A stretch of 64,000 nucleotides of DNA from Microbotryum violaceum (taxonomy: Eukaryota). Shown piece by piece: positions 45,241 to 63,433 of this stretch. The stretch covers positions 930,001 to 994,000 of the forward strand of contig CDLV01000015.1 in assembly GCA_001244265.2 (NCBI GenBank). Reading direction: 5' to 3'. Made by a program: the position numbers and the translations under genes. Under the pieces are notes generated by a model. That model had not been told where the DNA came from. It did no database searches and saw only the letters and a list, made by a program, of their open reading frames with translations. Numbering within the stretch: the stretch's first letter is position 1; every line of letters begins with the position of its first letter.

Positions 45241-47712
45241 ATGGCTGGCGCGCAGTCTGGCGACAAATGCGTGGACGTTGGCGGTCCAGAGCCGGCGTCA
45301 CCGCCTGCCCACCCCGCCCGAGATGTCGCACAGCAGCATTCCGGCTCACCCCCGTCGACCACGTCCTCGCCGGCATCTCGCCGATCGCGTGGCTCTACGA
45401 AAGCAACTACCGCTCCATCGACGGGCTCGCCGAAGGGGTCCTTCACAGAATCACCAACCACTTCGCCAGCAGGATCAGCGATCAGTTCGCCAGCAGGATC
45501 AGCGATCACTTCCCCTGCAGGATCAGCAATCACGTCGCCCACGGGATCGCCGATCACATCGCCGAAGGTCCCGCCACGCGTGCCCTCGCCGCCTCTCGCT
45601 CGCTCGTTCACCGCTCAACTGCCATGGGTCCTGCGCACATGGATGTTCCCTTCCAGCTCGGAAGACAGAACCGGATTTCAGGGCCATGAAATCGAGTGGT
45701 CCTCGTTGAGGGACTTTTTCCTGAGCCCCAGCCCCAGTCGCGACGGTACCGCGGCGGATCTCGGCCAGACTGAGTCAACGATGAATCAGAGCCTGGCGCC
45801 GAGAATCACGTGGCAGTTAGGTGATCCGAACTTGGTGAGCATCTCTTCCAACGCAATGTTGCTCCTACTGTTGTTTCGATGTCCCTCATCTACCCGCGCT
45901 CTGGATCGGACAGGAACCACAAGGAAGACTTGTGAAAACCCCTCTTCGCCAAGATCGCGAAGCCTACGACCCCAACGAGTTCCCCGATTTCGTCGTGCTG
46001 TCGCGACAGGCCTTCGACGGCAATTCCGAGCTCGCGTCGGCTTGGGCCCAAGATCACGTCGACGCTGAAAAAGACGATTTCCGCAACTGGGAACAAGTGG
46101 CCGCGATTGGTGTACTGGGTGGCAAGAAGATATGCCAAGACCCCACCTTGGATTCGGCGTGGGTCTACCCGGCCACGCGAGTGAAGCATCACCTGCGCAA
46201 GCTCGCTGCCGAGTCACCGATCCGCTCTCACACGTTCGGCTTCACGCTCGACGGTTCGATCTTGACCCTCTATCTTCACACCCCCTCTGGTCTCTTCTAT
46301 TCGTCCGACATCGAATGCACCGAATCGAATGGACACCTCTCGATGTTTATCACGCGTCTGCTCAGCCTGAATGATCTTGACCTTGGGAAGATCGCCTCGC
46401 CTGGGGAGCCCGACGGCCCACCTCTGCCGTTCCCGGTCGCCACGCTGCCGCCGCGAGTGCCAGTTTTCGCTCATCACCTCGGGGACGGGTCGACGATCGA
46501 CTCGGTCGAGATTGCGCAAACGGTGTTTTGTAGCGGCGCAGTCCTCGGGTTGCAGACGTCGGCGTCGCGAGTTCGTGCGACACGGATGGGTGTCAACGGC
46601 GAACAGGAGTACGCGATGACCGTCTCGTTTGTGGAAGAGGCTCGTTGCGACGAACACGATCGGATCCGGCTGCTGATTGCTTCGGCATCGCCTCAGGAGC
46701 GCGAAGGTCTCACGAACTTTGTGGACGTGCATCGAGAGGTCAATTTCGGCCTTGTACCTCACTTCCTCAAGGGCCAGTCCGACGCCGACAGCGCCGCGCT
46801 CAAGCCGAGGGCGATGGAGGTGGCCTTTCAGGAGCGCTGCTTCGAGACAATCTGGACCGTGGACTCGACCGAGGCGCTCATTCGAGTCGCGCTTGGAGTG
46901 GTGAAAGGTATGTTTCTGATCTCGCTCGGATCAGTTGGGGTTGCAGTGGATGTTTGATATCTGATGCCGAATTGATCTTCTCTTCCCAGGTCTGCGCAGT
47001 CTGCACCGCATGCGCATCCTGCATCGCGATGTCTCTTCCGGAAACATCATGGTTGGACCGGATGGAGAGGGTGTACTAATCGATTATGATCTCGCCGTGC
47101 TCATGGACGGGCCCTTTGGCGACGCAGCACGTCTGGAACGAGTTGTGAGGTTACGTTCTCGTCCTGTAGCGTGTCAGTGCTATACCGCTGACCGGAGCCT
47201 CGTTCAATCACCGCGCACAGGGCACCTTCGCATTCCGGGCAAAGAATCTCATCGAATATTTCGGCAAGCTTTTGCATCAGCCGTGGCACGACATCGAGTC
47301 GCTCGTTTACGTCATCCTTTTCGTCGTTTTCATGCAACCCACGGGACCAGAAAGCCGGGGCAGGATGTCGGAAGAAGCCGCGACGGTGTGGAAGAATTGG
47401 AACTGGGACGAATGTGCCTACATTACCAAAGTGGCGTTTGTCCAACGGCAGTCAAACCGGAGGGAGCTGCTGAAGCCATATTTGTGTTTCTGGGAAGGCC
47501 TTCCCGACCTCGTTGCTATTGTGGCGAAGTACTGCGGACTCAACTTGTCAACTTACATGTACGGCAGGGTCGAAGCAGAAGAATACCTCAAGAGCGAATG
47601 GGGTTCAGGTGAGCTCTCGCATGATCAACTTGTTGCGGATTTGGAGATATTGCTCGAGGAGATTGTGCAGACGAGACGGGAAAGGGCGTCGGTTTCGCCT
47701 ATCATTGTGTAG
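45241..47712 (+). CDS. FunK1-type kinase K1, allele C; 4 exons, 744 aa
   Basis: Exons 45241-45834, 45914-46907, 46990-47144, 47221-47712 (2235 nt, in frame, GT-AG introns); HRDVSSGN, LIDYDLA, WHDIES. Confidence 0.9.
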
Positions 47713-48625
47713 CTGCTTTAGCCACGTGTGCCATTCATTTGATCATTTTCCAACTGTTGCATCTCGTTCCGACCGCCAAAACGACCAAAGCAAAGGCAGA
47801 TGGCACGGAAGTGGATGAGAAATGACGACCAAAGTAAGGCAGAGATTACTACCTTGCTCTGTCTCGCTCCGCCACCGACCCCCTACCGACCGTAGTCACG
47901 CCCGGCAGTCACTCCTGTATAACTCTTTAGCCACCTTCTTCCCTTCGCACGTTCACCGGTTTCTTTCAGGTCCTCTCTCCCGTTTGCTGCTGATATGATG
48001 CGAGACCGCTGGCTCTGCTGTGGAGACAGTCCTGAACCTTCCTCTTCCCACCGCTCATTTTTACACTTCTGAAACCGCAGTTGAAAAAGTCGGGGAAGCT
48101 ACCCGAACTTGTCGCGCTAGTGGCCAACTGCTGCTGCCAAGGTTCGTCTCCTATCATACACGGCGACTGGGAAGCGGTCGAGAAGTGACACCTTGCGGTC
48201 CACCGTCCGCCGGGGGGGTGAGGTCCCTTGTGACCAGATTGTTAGGATACAGAAGAAACAAGAGAAGTCTATGGATCCGTTTGCCAGTGTGTCGACTTCG
48301 AGTGAAACGCAAGGCAAAGCTACAAATGTACAGTTTGCGACAGTATGTGTACTCCGAGCATGGATAAAGGGACTGGTGTGAGACCATCATCCCACGGCTC
48401 GGTGTGAACCATTCATACATGAGAGCAGATATCGGTCTCGATTTCTCGGCTAGCAAGCCTCGGTCAGATCAGTTGAAGCGGCCATGTGATTGGGTCAACA
48501 AAGGCTGCGGGCCGAGTCCGACGTCAAGTCTATCAATAGGGACTGGAACAAGCAAACGCTGGAGACGCGCGATGAAACCAATGACATACAAAGATAAAAG
48601 ACCTATTCATATGATACTGGTGTTG

Positions 48626-49131
48626 TCATCGCTTCTGTTTCCTCTGAACAGTCTCGAGAAGCAAATGGTCCAAATCCGCAAAGAGATGGTCGTGAGAGAG
48701 CTCACCCGAGGTCCCATCCTTTCTCTAGCCATTCACCTTCTGCGACCTTGCTGCAAGTAAAAACCGACGGGCCGAGTCCGCAGTACTTCGCATCAATAGC
48801 AATGCGATCAGGAAGGCTTTTCCAGAAATCCAGATATGGCTCCGGCGACTCCCTCTGGCCCGACCCGGCGCAATTGAACAAACCCCTCTTTGAAATCGTA
48901 GCGCCAGAGTTCAGAGTTCCAATCATTCCACCGCGCAGTGGCCACTTCTGACATGCGGCTGCCTAGCCCCGTGGGTTACGTGAAAACGACGAAACGGATG
49001 ACGTAAACGAGCGACTCGATGTCGTGCCACGGCTGATGCAGAATCGTGCCGACATTGTCGATGAGTTGCCTTGCTCGGAATGCGAAGGTGCCCTGTGCGC
49101 GATGGTTGAAAGAGGCTCCGATCAGCGGTGT
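48626..49131 (-). pseudogene. Orphan last exon of a K1-type kinase
   Basis: Intron tail plus GTFAFRARQLIDNVGTILHQPWHDIESLVYV, in-frame stop, frameshift, then PYLDFWKSLPD..AKYCGL..GELSHD; no upstream exons. Confidence 0.88.
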
Positions 49132-49804
49132 TCTCCCGGGAAGGGTTTGGTCGATGTGGTCGCGGATACTTGTGGCGAAGCAGCTCTTTGGGACGGAGCG
49201 AGAAGGAAAAGCCCGGCGCGACGAGACGGTGTCGAACGTTTTCAGATCGTCCTCAAGGATGCGCAGCAAAAATCAAGCGGCTTGAACGACCGAAATCCTG
49301 CTCCTGTCGAACAGTCAATCGATTCGGTCCTGATGATTCCGCTCGGTGTGTAAACTTGAACACGGAACATCGAGCCGCAAAGCGTCAAGCCATAGACCCA
49401 TTCCTGAATCCCGTTAGTTTGTAGTCATCCGATAATATCGCCGATAGGGCTGTGCGTCGGCTAGGGCTTGGTCCAACTCATTCGCCTTGAGCTCCATGAC
49501 GATGTAAATGTCCTCCATAAGTCGATCGTCGTGGATCCGGCGTTTGTGCTGTGCTTCCCACGATTTTCTCGTCGCATTGTCCATCTTCCACGCCTCGACC
49601 TTCTTCGGCGTGTTCACGTGTGGGAAGAGGGGGACCACATCGGCGCAGTGGTCGTTGGAGCCCACCTGACCAGACGAGGTCGGAACTATCGCATTTGACC
49701 CCCCGCGCGCGACGAGATCTCGGTCCGAAGCTGAAGCCTGCAGTGCAGAACGGCGAGATCAGCCGCCTGCTCATGACAGGGATTAGAAGATGAGCTGAAA
49801 GGCC

Positions 49805-50782
49805 GAGAAGAAAAAAAAGAGCCAAGATAATTACCTTGACGCCCCGAAATTGGGTACTTTTGATCGATACTACTAGGATCTGTGCGGCCTTCCCGCAGCC
49901 TCAACGTCGTCTAGCAACCGACGCAGCTGCAGCAACTGCGGATTCATCGAGTCTCGTCCATCTGTACCGGAAGGACTATGTACATAGGACCGAAGAGAAC
50001 GCTTACCGGCAGATCAGAGCGATCGGGATCGCGGTGTTCCCTTCTGTTTCCGAGCACGAGCGACTGGACGCTTGAGCTTGGGGCCGGCGCCCTCTTCCGG
50101 ATTCCTGACGGCGTAACGGCGTCCTTAGCATGGTTGAAGAGTGCACCAGTCTAATATGAAGTGATCCTCGTGTAGGCCGGTGTTGATGGTGTGGGTGTGC
50201 TGTACGGGAGCCCGACAGTGATCGCTGACGAGTGCCATCAGCTTGAAGGCAGGTAAGCTTGACGATGTGGTGGGCTCAAAAAATTGGCGATTTTCCTTCC
50301 AGGTTCAAGAGAGAACGGTTTGGATTTCAGACATCTCCTTAAGCCATATGATGCTGTACAGGGTCACTTGATATGAAGTAACACCTGGGGTCAAAGATCA
50401 GGAGATCAAAGTGTTTGCATCTCCTACAGGATGGGCTGCGACCAACACGGTCCACTGCACTCGCCCCACTCGCCCCGGCCACCGTAGACGCACCGATTCA
50501 GCCAGCCAGCTGCAGCCCGAGGCAGCCCGAGGCAGCCCGAGTCCGCCCGAGTCAGCCGGCGTCAGCCAGCGTAGGGCCCGCGAAAGCTCAGACCAATCAC
50601 GATGTATGTGCACGATTTGTACTTTTCGGGCCCATTTATGCCTTGTGATATGCGTGATTTTTCATGGTAGAGTAGCTTTTTCAACACAACCCGATAAATT
50701 TGCCTTACACCGGAATACATACACCCCTTGGATAGGGATTTTCGGCGTTCAGATCGGCCAAAAACCGGGCTGAGCTTTCCGG
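49805..50782. repeat. Diverged independent copy of the ~1 kb repeat
   Basis: Collinear with ~43908-44888, with scattered substitutions and a different 10-mer array (CAGCCCGAGG). Confidence 0.85.
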
Positions 50783-50794
50783 GGTCCTCCCAGC

Positions 50795-52378
50795 GCTTTT
50801 CCCCTCCGATGTCTCGATCGGATGCCAATGGGGTTCTCGAGAGCGGGAAGGGAATTGCGACCTTCCTTGTGTATCTTTCGGCGTGTTTGGTTGTGTTGGG
50901 ATGAGGAAGATGATTAATCTTCCTGGACGAGACCCTGGGATGATGCGTACACCCCAGGGACCGCGGTTTGCAAAAACGCCAATATTCCGTTTGGAATAAA
51001 ACAGCACTTATTCGGGACGGTGGGTGGGTCGAAAAGTTTCGCGAGTGTAGAGGCAATAAGCACTGCCGTTCGAGCGAAATGAATAAGGTGCAGAAGCGAA
51101 CAGGCATTTCTCTCGCCTACTCCACTCTAAGCGCATGCGCGCCACCCGCGGGGGGCGGCCCACCCATGGCTTTTCCCCTCCGATGTCTCGATCGGATGCC
51201 AATGGGGTTCTTGAGCGCGGGAAGGAAATTGCGACCTTCCTTGTGTATCTTTTGGTGTGTTTGGTTGTGTTGGGATGAGGAAGATGATTAATCTTCCTGG
51301 ACGAGACCCTGGGATGATGTGTACACCCCAATTCCTGAACCCCCGGTTCGGACAGGCGCCCTGGCGCCGGACGTGTACTGTAGGTCACCCCCCTCCACCC
51401 TGGCGCCGGACGCGTATCATAGGTCACGCCCCCCACACTTACCACCAAAAAAATGATGCGAAATATGCCTACGTTACAACGCATTCCGGCTCTAGCCGAA
51501 TCGAGTGCAAGCTTGCCAGCCTTGCTCAGCACTTGGATCGCAATCTCCTTGTGCTACCGACAATGCCTGTCGAAGGCATTCGATGACCAATGGCCAAGGT
51601 TTCGGATGTGATCCGTGTGTACACCTTCTCGAAAGTAAAACGTGGCCCCACCGGACCTAAAGGAGTGGTTGTTCGAGACCGCCCTCCCGCTCGCCTCGGG
51701 AATGTGTTTGATTCGTTGCGAGAACGCCGAGGAGGTCAGTTGTCAATGACCTCCTTTGCGTGCCCAATATGAGAACAACCGCCCTGGTGGAGGGTTGTCT
51801 AGGCGGAAATGGTTATCGATGCCTCCGACCGGGCAGAAGGGCTCGCCGTCTTGCGGAAAGACTACCAGTGTGTGGCCAACGCGCTGGGGCACCTTGTCAA
51901 ACGGGAGGTCCAACTCGTATCGGAGAGGAGCTCCGCCCGTCACATCAATCCGATGTGCATTGGCCACCGCTAGATGCCGTTCGGCTATGAACTCCTCGTC
52001 CGCCAAATCCGCTGTAAACTCGCCTAATCTCGCCATCGCGAAGAACGCCGCACACGCTGCAGCAAACACGGCCGTATCGAACGGACTGCACTTATCGATC
52101 CCTGCGGCCAGGCACCTGTGGTCGTCCAAAGTCACCGTCAATCGCCTGGTTTGGGGGCTGGAGCTGTGGCCGCAGCCGCAGCCAGTTGCATCGTCCACAT
52201 CTTCGGGTCTTAGTCCATACACAGCCCATGCGTCGTGTGCCAAACTTCTAGGGCGGTACGAAATCGGCAAAAGTGGCTGACGTTATAGGCTCCGACGCCA
52301 TTTCCCGACAACGCAATTCGAGTGAGAAATCGCCTGACGACGTCAGGATGTGCAGGGAATCGATCCCTCCGGTCGACC
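50795..52378 (-). mobile_element. 3' end of an Ngaro/DIRS tyrosine-recombinase retroelement
   Basis: YR pseudogene ~51480-52378 (FDTAVFAAACAAFFAMARLGEF, HSFRSGGAT, LGHWSS) followed by 162-bp direct repeats 51169-51330 and 50795-50956, fitting a B1-A2-B2 layout. Confidence 0.82.
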
Positions 52379-54049
52379 TATTAGAACTGAGGCCCTGGCA
52401 CGAGATACGTAAGTATGAGAGCCGAAGATGATAGATATAATAGTTGGAGAGAAAGAAGGAAGGTTATGGAAGCGCGCACGAGCTAGGCTCGAGACGCACG
52501 AGACCGCAGATATCTACAACTGGTAACTAATCATAATCGGGACTCTAAGTGGGATGAAGCAGCATTATACTCTCTGATACCCCCCGTGCTGTCATACCAC
52601 TGCACCTCGTAGACCGAGGTTTTCCCGGTGAAAGAAGAACGGCTTGGGACCCAAGGCTTTGGTGAAAATATTGGCGAACATGTCGCCGGTGGCGATGTAG
52701 CGGACTTCGATCTCCTTCTCAGCTACCCTCTCGCGGACGTAATGTTCCGAGATGCGAACGTGACGAGACCCCTGATGGTTGGTCGGGTGCTGCGCAAGAG
52801 CCAGCAAACCTTGGTTGTCCCCATAGAGTACGACTGGACCGGAGACCGGAGCGCCAAGTTCAGCCAGGAGTTCGCTCAGGTGGATGGCATCACCGCTTGT
52901 GTACGAAAGAGATAGGTACTCTGCGTCAGTAGTGGACTTGGCCACCCTGTGCTCGTGTTTGGAGCACCAAGCGATAGCGGCTCCGTACAAGATGAACGCG
53001 TAGCCCATGGTCGATCGCGAGGTCGTTAGACAGGCTCCCCAGTTCGCATCCGAGTAGCCATGGAGTGGTTGGTTGGTCTTGCGATAGGTGAGGCCCAAGT
53101 CCAGCGTGCCTTTGATGTAACGGAGGACCTGCTTGATGGCTGTCCAATGCTCCGGGGCGGGCTGCTGGGAGAACCGAGCGAGGTAGCTGACCACGAAAGC
53201 GAGGTCCGGACGAGTTCCGACTGCGGCGTACATCAACGAACCGATGGCCTGAAAGTAGCGCGTACGATCCTGAGGGGTGGCCGCCAAGTCCTCGCAGTCA
53301 AGGATGACACCTGGCTGTATGGGAATACTTGCCGGCTTGGCATCGGAAAACTGGAACTTTGCGAGGATGTCACGAAGATAGCGCTCTTGCGAAAGTGTGA
53401 TGGAACCATCTTGAGCATGCTTGACTTGGATACCGAGGATGTATTCAGCTTGTCCCAGGCGTTTGATGCTGTACGCCAGTTCCAACGCATCCAACACCCG
53501 GTCGAACTCGGTAAGAGTGGGCCCGACTAGAAGCAAGTTGTCTACGTACAGGGCGATGTAATGAGACTGTCCGTCGTGCTCCCGGCGATAAATGCAGATG
53601 TCCAACTTGGTGGGAATGTAGCCAAGATATCGCAGGGTCGAGTCAATCTCCGCATTCCAGATCGTCCCGGCTTGACGTAGGCCGTAGATGGACTTGGTGA
53701 GCCTGAGGATTTTATTGGCTAAGTTGATGCCTTGTGGGACGCGCATGTAGAGAGGTTTGTCCAGTTTGCCGTGCAAGCAAGCTTTGTTGACATCGGCCTG
53801 ATGAACGTGGTATCCGTTGGCAGTGGCGAGTGCGATGAGGGCACGAATGGACGTGAACTTGACGACAGGAGCGTAGGTGTTCTCGAAGTCAAGGCCGGGA
53901 CATTGTGCGCATCCATGCGCGACAAGCCGGGCCTTGCGATCGGTGATGTCGCCATGCTGATTGCGCTTGGTTCGAAAACCCAGCCCGACCGCAACAAAAT
54001 CTCCCCCGAAGGAAGGTCGCTCGATTCGATGAGATCGAAAACCTTGTAG

Positions 54050-54387
<338 letters not shown>

Positions 54388-55199
54388 CTCCTGGCCCGAT
54401 CGGAGGACGTCGCCCCAGTTTGACGGATCGTGAACCACTGCCAAGTCGTGGTCAGCGAAGCCCTCCTTGACGGCGGCGAAGGCAAGGAGGAGGCTTTGGA
54501 AGGAGCCGGTGGGTACGCCTGAGTCGCCTTCGAGATCGTTCCGGGCGAGAAGAGCGGGCACGAGCTTGCACCGAGTGCGGGGCCCCTCGATGACATTGCG
54601 GGCATCAACTTCGCCGTACTTGCCCGGATCGGGACCAATCTTCGCAACGTCGCCGTATTCCCAAGTTGGCCTGGCTTTGGCCTGTGGAGCTGGTGGCGTG
54701 GGTGGTGTCGACGTTTCCGTGGCCAATCCCGCGAAGTTGCTCGAGACCGATGCGGAATCGTTGTCAGCCGTGGAACCTGGGCTGGGCGAGGTGTAATACC
54801 CCAGGCCCTTCACGACTAGGTTACATGGTCCAAAAGACTGACGATTTCAATAGATGCATATTGAAATCAGAAGGATAGTTAAATAGCGTAAGGCAACCGA
54901 GCCTTACACGAGGTAGGGGTCTCCATGACCGGCAAGGATACTTCCAGCTGTGCCGAGTCGACACTAGGCGGAGCGGGGTGGCTGAAACCGCGCATCGACT
55001 GTAGTGCTACGCGAGTTGACGAGCTGGTGAAGGCGGTAGGGAACTCGGTTTCGACAAAGGACACATCCCGACCCAGGCGAATCTGCATTGAGGACTGGTC
55101 AAGGAGACGATAAGCTTTCGCGTGTCGATCGTAACCGACCATGATCAGAGGAACACCCTTGGGATCAAGTTTGCCACGTCTGTGAGCCGGTACCGTGAG

Positions 55200-55348
55200 T
55201 GTAATACTCCGTAGTTACTCAAAGCCTGACGTGCATCTGGCCTTAAGCCTTGTCGGGAAGTAGACCCTCTCTTCCCTTCTGACCAGTTTATTCTTTGGAA
55301 TACATACTCGTATCCCATTACCTGCAAGGCCCGACGCTGGGCCTTACA
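55200..55348 (+). mobile_element. Older solo LTR of the TRIM family, inside the copia integrase region
   Basis: TGTAA...TTACA; TSD GTGAG; removal restores [21 protein letters not shown]. Confidence 0.93.
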
Positions 55349-56573
55349 GTGAGCCAGGCCCGACACCCGAAGACTTTGAGAGGAGCCACGGTCGGGGTAC
55401 AGCCGTACCAGCGACGGTTCGGGATGTCACCGCGTAAAGCCGCGTGGGGCGATAGGTTCTTGGTGTGGACGTAGCACATGGGAGCCTCATCCCAGCAAGA
55501 GCGCGGAAGACCGGGATTGTGGAGGAGCGCCAAAGTGCCTTCCACAATCGACAGGTTAAGTCGCTCAGCCCGACCGTTCTGCTCGGGTGTATACGGGATA
55601 GTCAACTCGCGTTTGATGCCGCGCGCCACGCAAAAGCTGTTGAAGGACGAAGAGACGTATTCACCACCGTTGTCCGAGCGAAGAATTTTTACTCGTCGAC
55701 CCGTGGCGTTTTCCACCTCCAGAAGCCAGTCCTTGAATGCCGGGAAGACGTCGCTCTTGTGCCCAATGGGAAAAACCCACACTTTCCTCGAAAAGTCATT
55801 CATGAACGTGACCAGGTAACGCTTGTTTGAAAAGGACTCCTCAGGGAATGACAGGACATCCGAATGTACCAGTGCCAGCGGTTCAGCGGCATGCGACGAA
55901 GACGACAGGAACGGCGAGCGATGGGCTTTGGAAGCGAGGCAGGCATTGCAGGAGAAATCTCTACACTCGAGGTCACTATAAGGCCAGTCTAAACCCTTCA
56001 CTTGATCAGAGGCCGCCAGTTTTTCAAGTGTCTGGACAGAGGCGTGGCCATGATGGTGGTGAAGGGTAAGTGATGGTACCTTAGTGGGCGAGGCGCCGAC
56101 GAAAGCGGGGATCGCACCTTTGCTGCCAATTTTTTATTTTTTATTTGTTTGACTGGGCTCATAAATTACGATCCTTCGGGTTGGCTAGAATCGCTACAAA
56201 AAGAGCTAAAAGGGGTAATAAAGCAGCGACGACAAGCAGCTGGGTGAAAATCAAACCCCTGCGCGCAACGAGTGCTGCGCAACGAGTGCTGCGCAACGAG
56301 TGCTGCGCAGATCAAAACCCGCCGAGCACCTAACGCGGACTCCAACGAGCGGTGAGTACTGCTGCCGCTTCACAACCCAAGATTGGGAGCGAAGATACTC
56401 GAAAACCAGGCAAGAGCGCCTAGGAAAAAAAGTGACAATATACAAAAAGTCACAAACGGGAACACCGAGAAAGGAAAATACCAAAACAAGGGGAAAGGAG
56501 GGGGAGGAGGGGGACACAACCGAGGGACCAAGAAAGGGGGGTCGAAGCCAGGGATAGAGGTCCCCAAAGACTA

Positions 56574-57116
<543 letters not shown>

Positions 57117-57294
57117 TTAACTCGATCATCACACCTCCCAATCTCGAGCCCCAGGAACAAAGCCCGCCCGAGAGAGAAAATCTCGATTGAACGCTCTAAG
57201 TGCACTGGGGATCGAGGGAGGGGCCACGACGCGGTCCTTCTCGAACCGCTGGTGGACGTGCCAGCGCAGCAAGTGCAACCGCTGGAACCCAATC

Positions 57295-63149
<5,855 letters not shown>

Positions 63150-63433
63150 CAATCGCACAAGCCAACCAAACCCACATCCACTTCGAGGTCGTTTGCCCAC
63201 AACCCCACAAAAGGGGGAGCCCCATAGTCAGCTGCTGCTCCTGGGTGAACGTCGACGGATCGACATCGGTATCCTCGATGCCGAGCTTGTCGAACAGGAT
63301 GCGTAGCACCCCACTCCAGTAGCTGGCCGAGTACGCGCACCCAAAAAAGTAGTGCGACACCGTCTCAATGACCGCTGCATCGTTGCCACAGAACAGACAC
63401 GACGACGAAGAAGCATGGCCCTGAATAAGAGAC

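Larger units (their letters stand above)
38674..48030 (-). repeat. Inverted copy of the kinase cassette (corresponds to ~2695-12034)
   Basis: Near-identical over 38674-47180 except ~41185-41350; diverged at 47183-47660 and 47793-48030. Confidence 0.96.

Noticed and set aside
47183..49131. Diversity-generating retroelement (template/variable repeat pair)
   Set aside because: Differences are not adenine-specific, there is no DGR-type RT, and the pattern fits recombination or gene conversion.
49414..49665. Small protein-like ORF (83 aa)
   Set aside because: No recognisable motif and truncated by the adjacent repeat; not enough support to call.
51480..52378. Starship captain or Crypton recombinase mobilising the kinase cassette
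   Set aside because: The YR is short, degenerate and DIRS-like and is followed by split direct repeats; it is not positioned at a cassette boundary.
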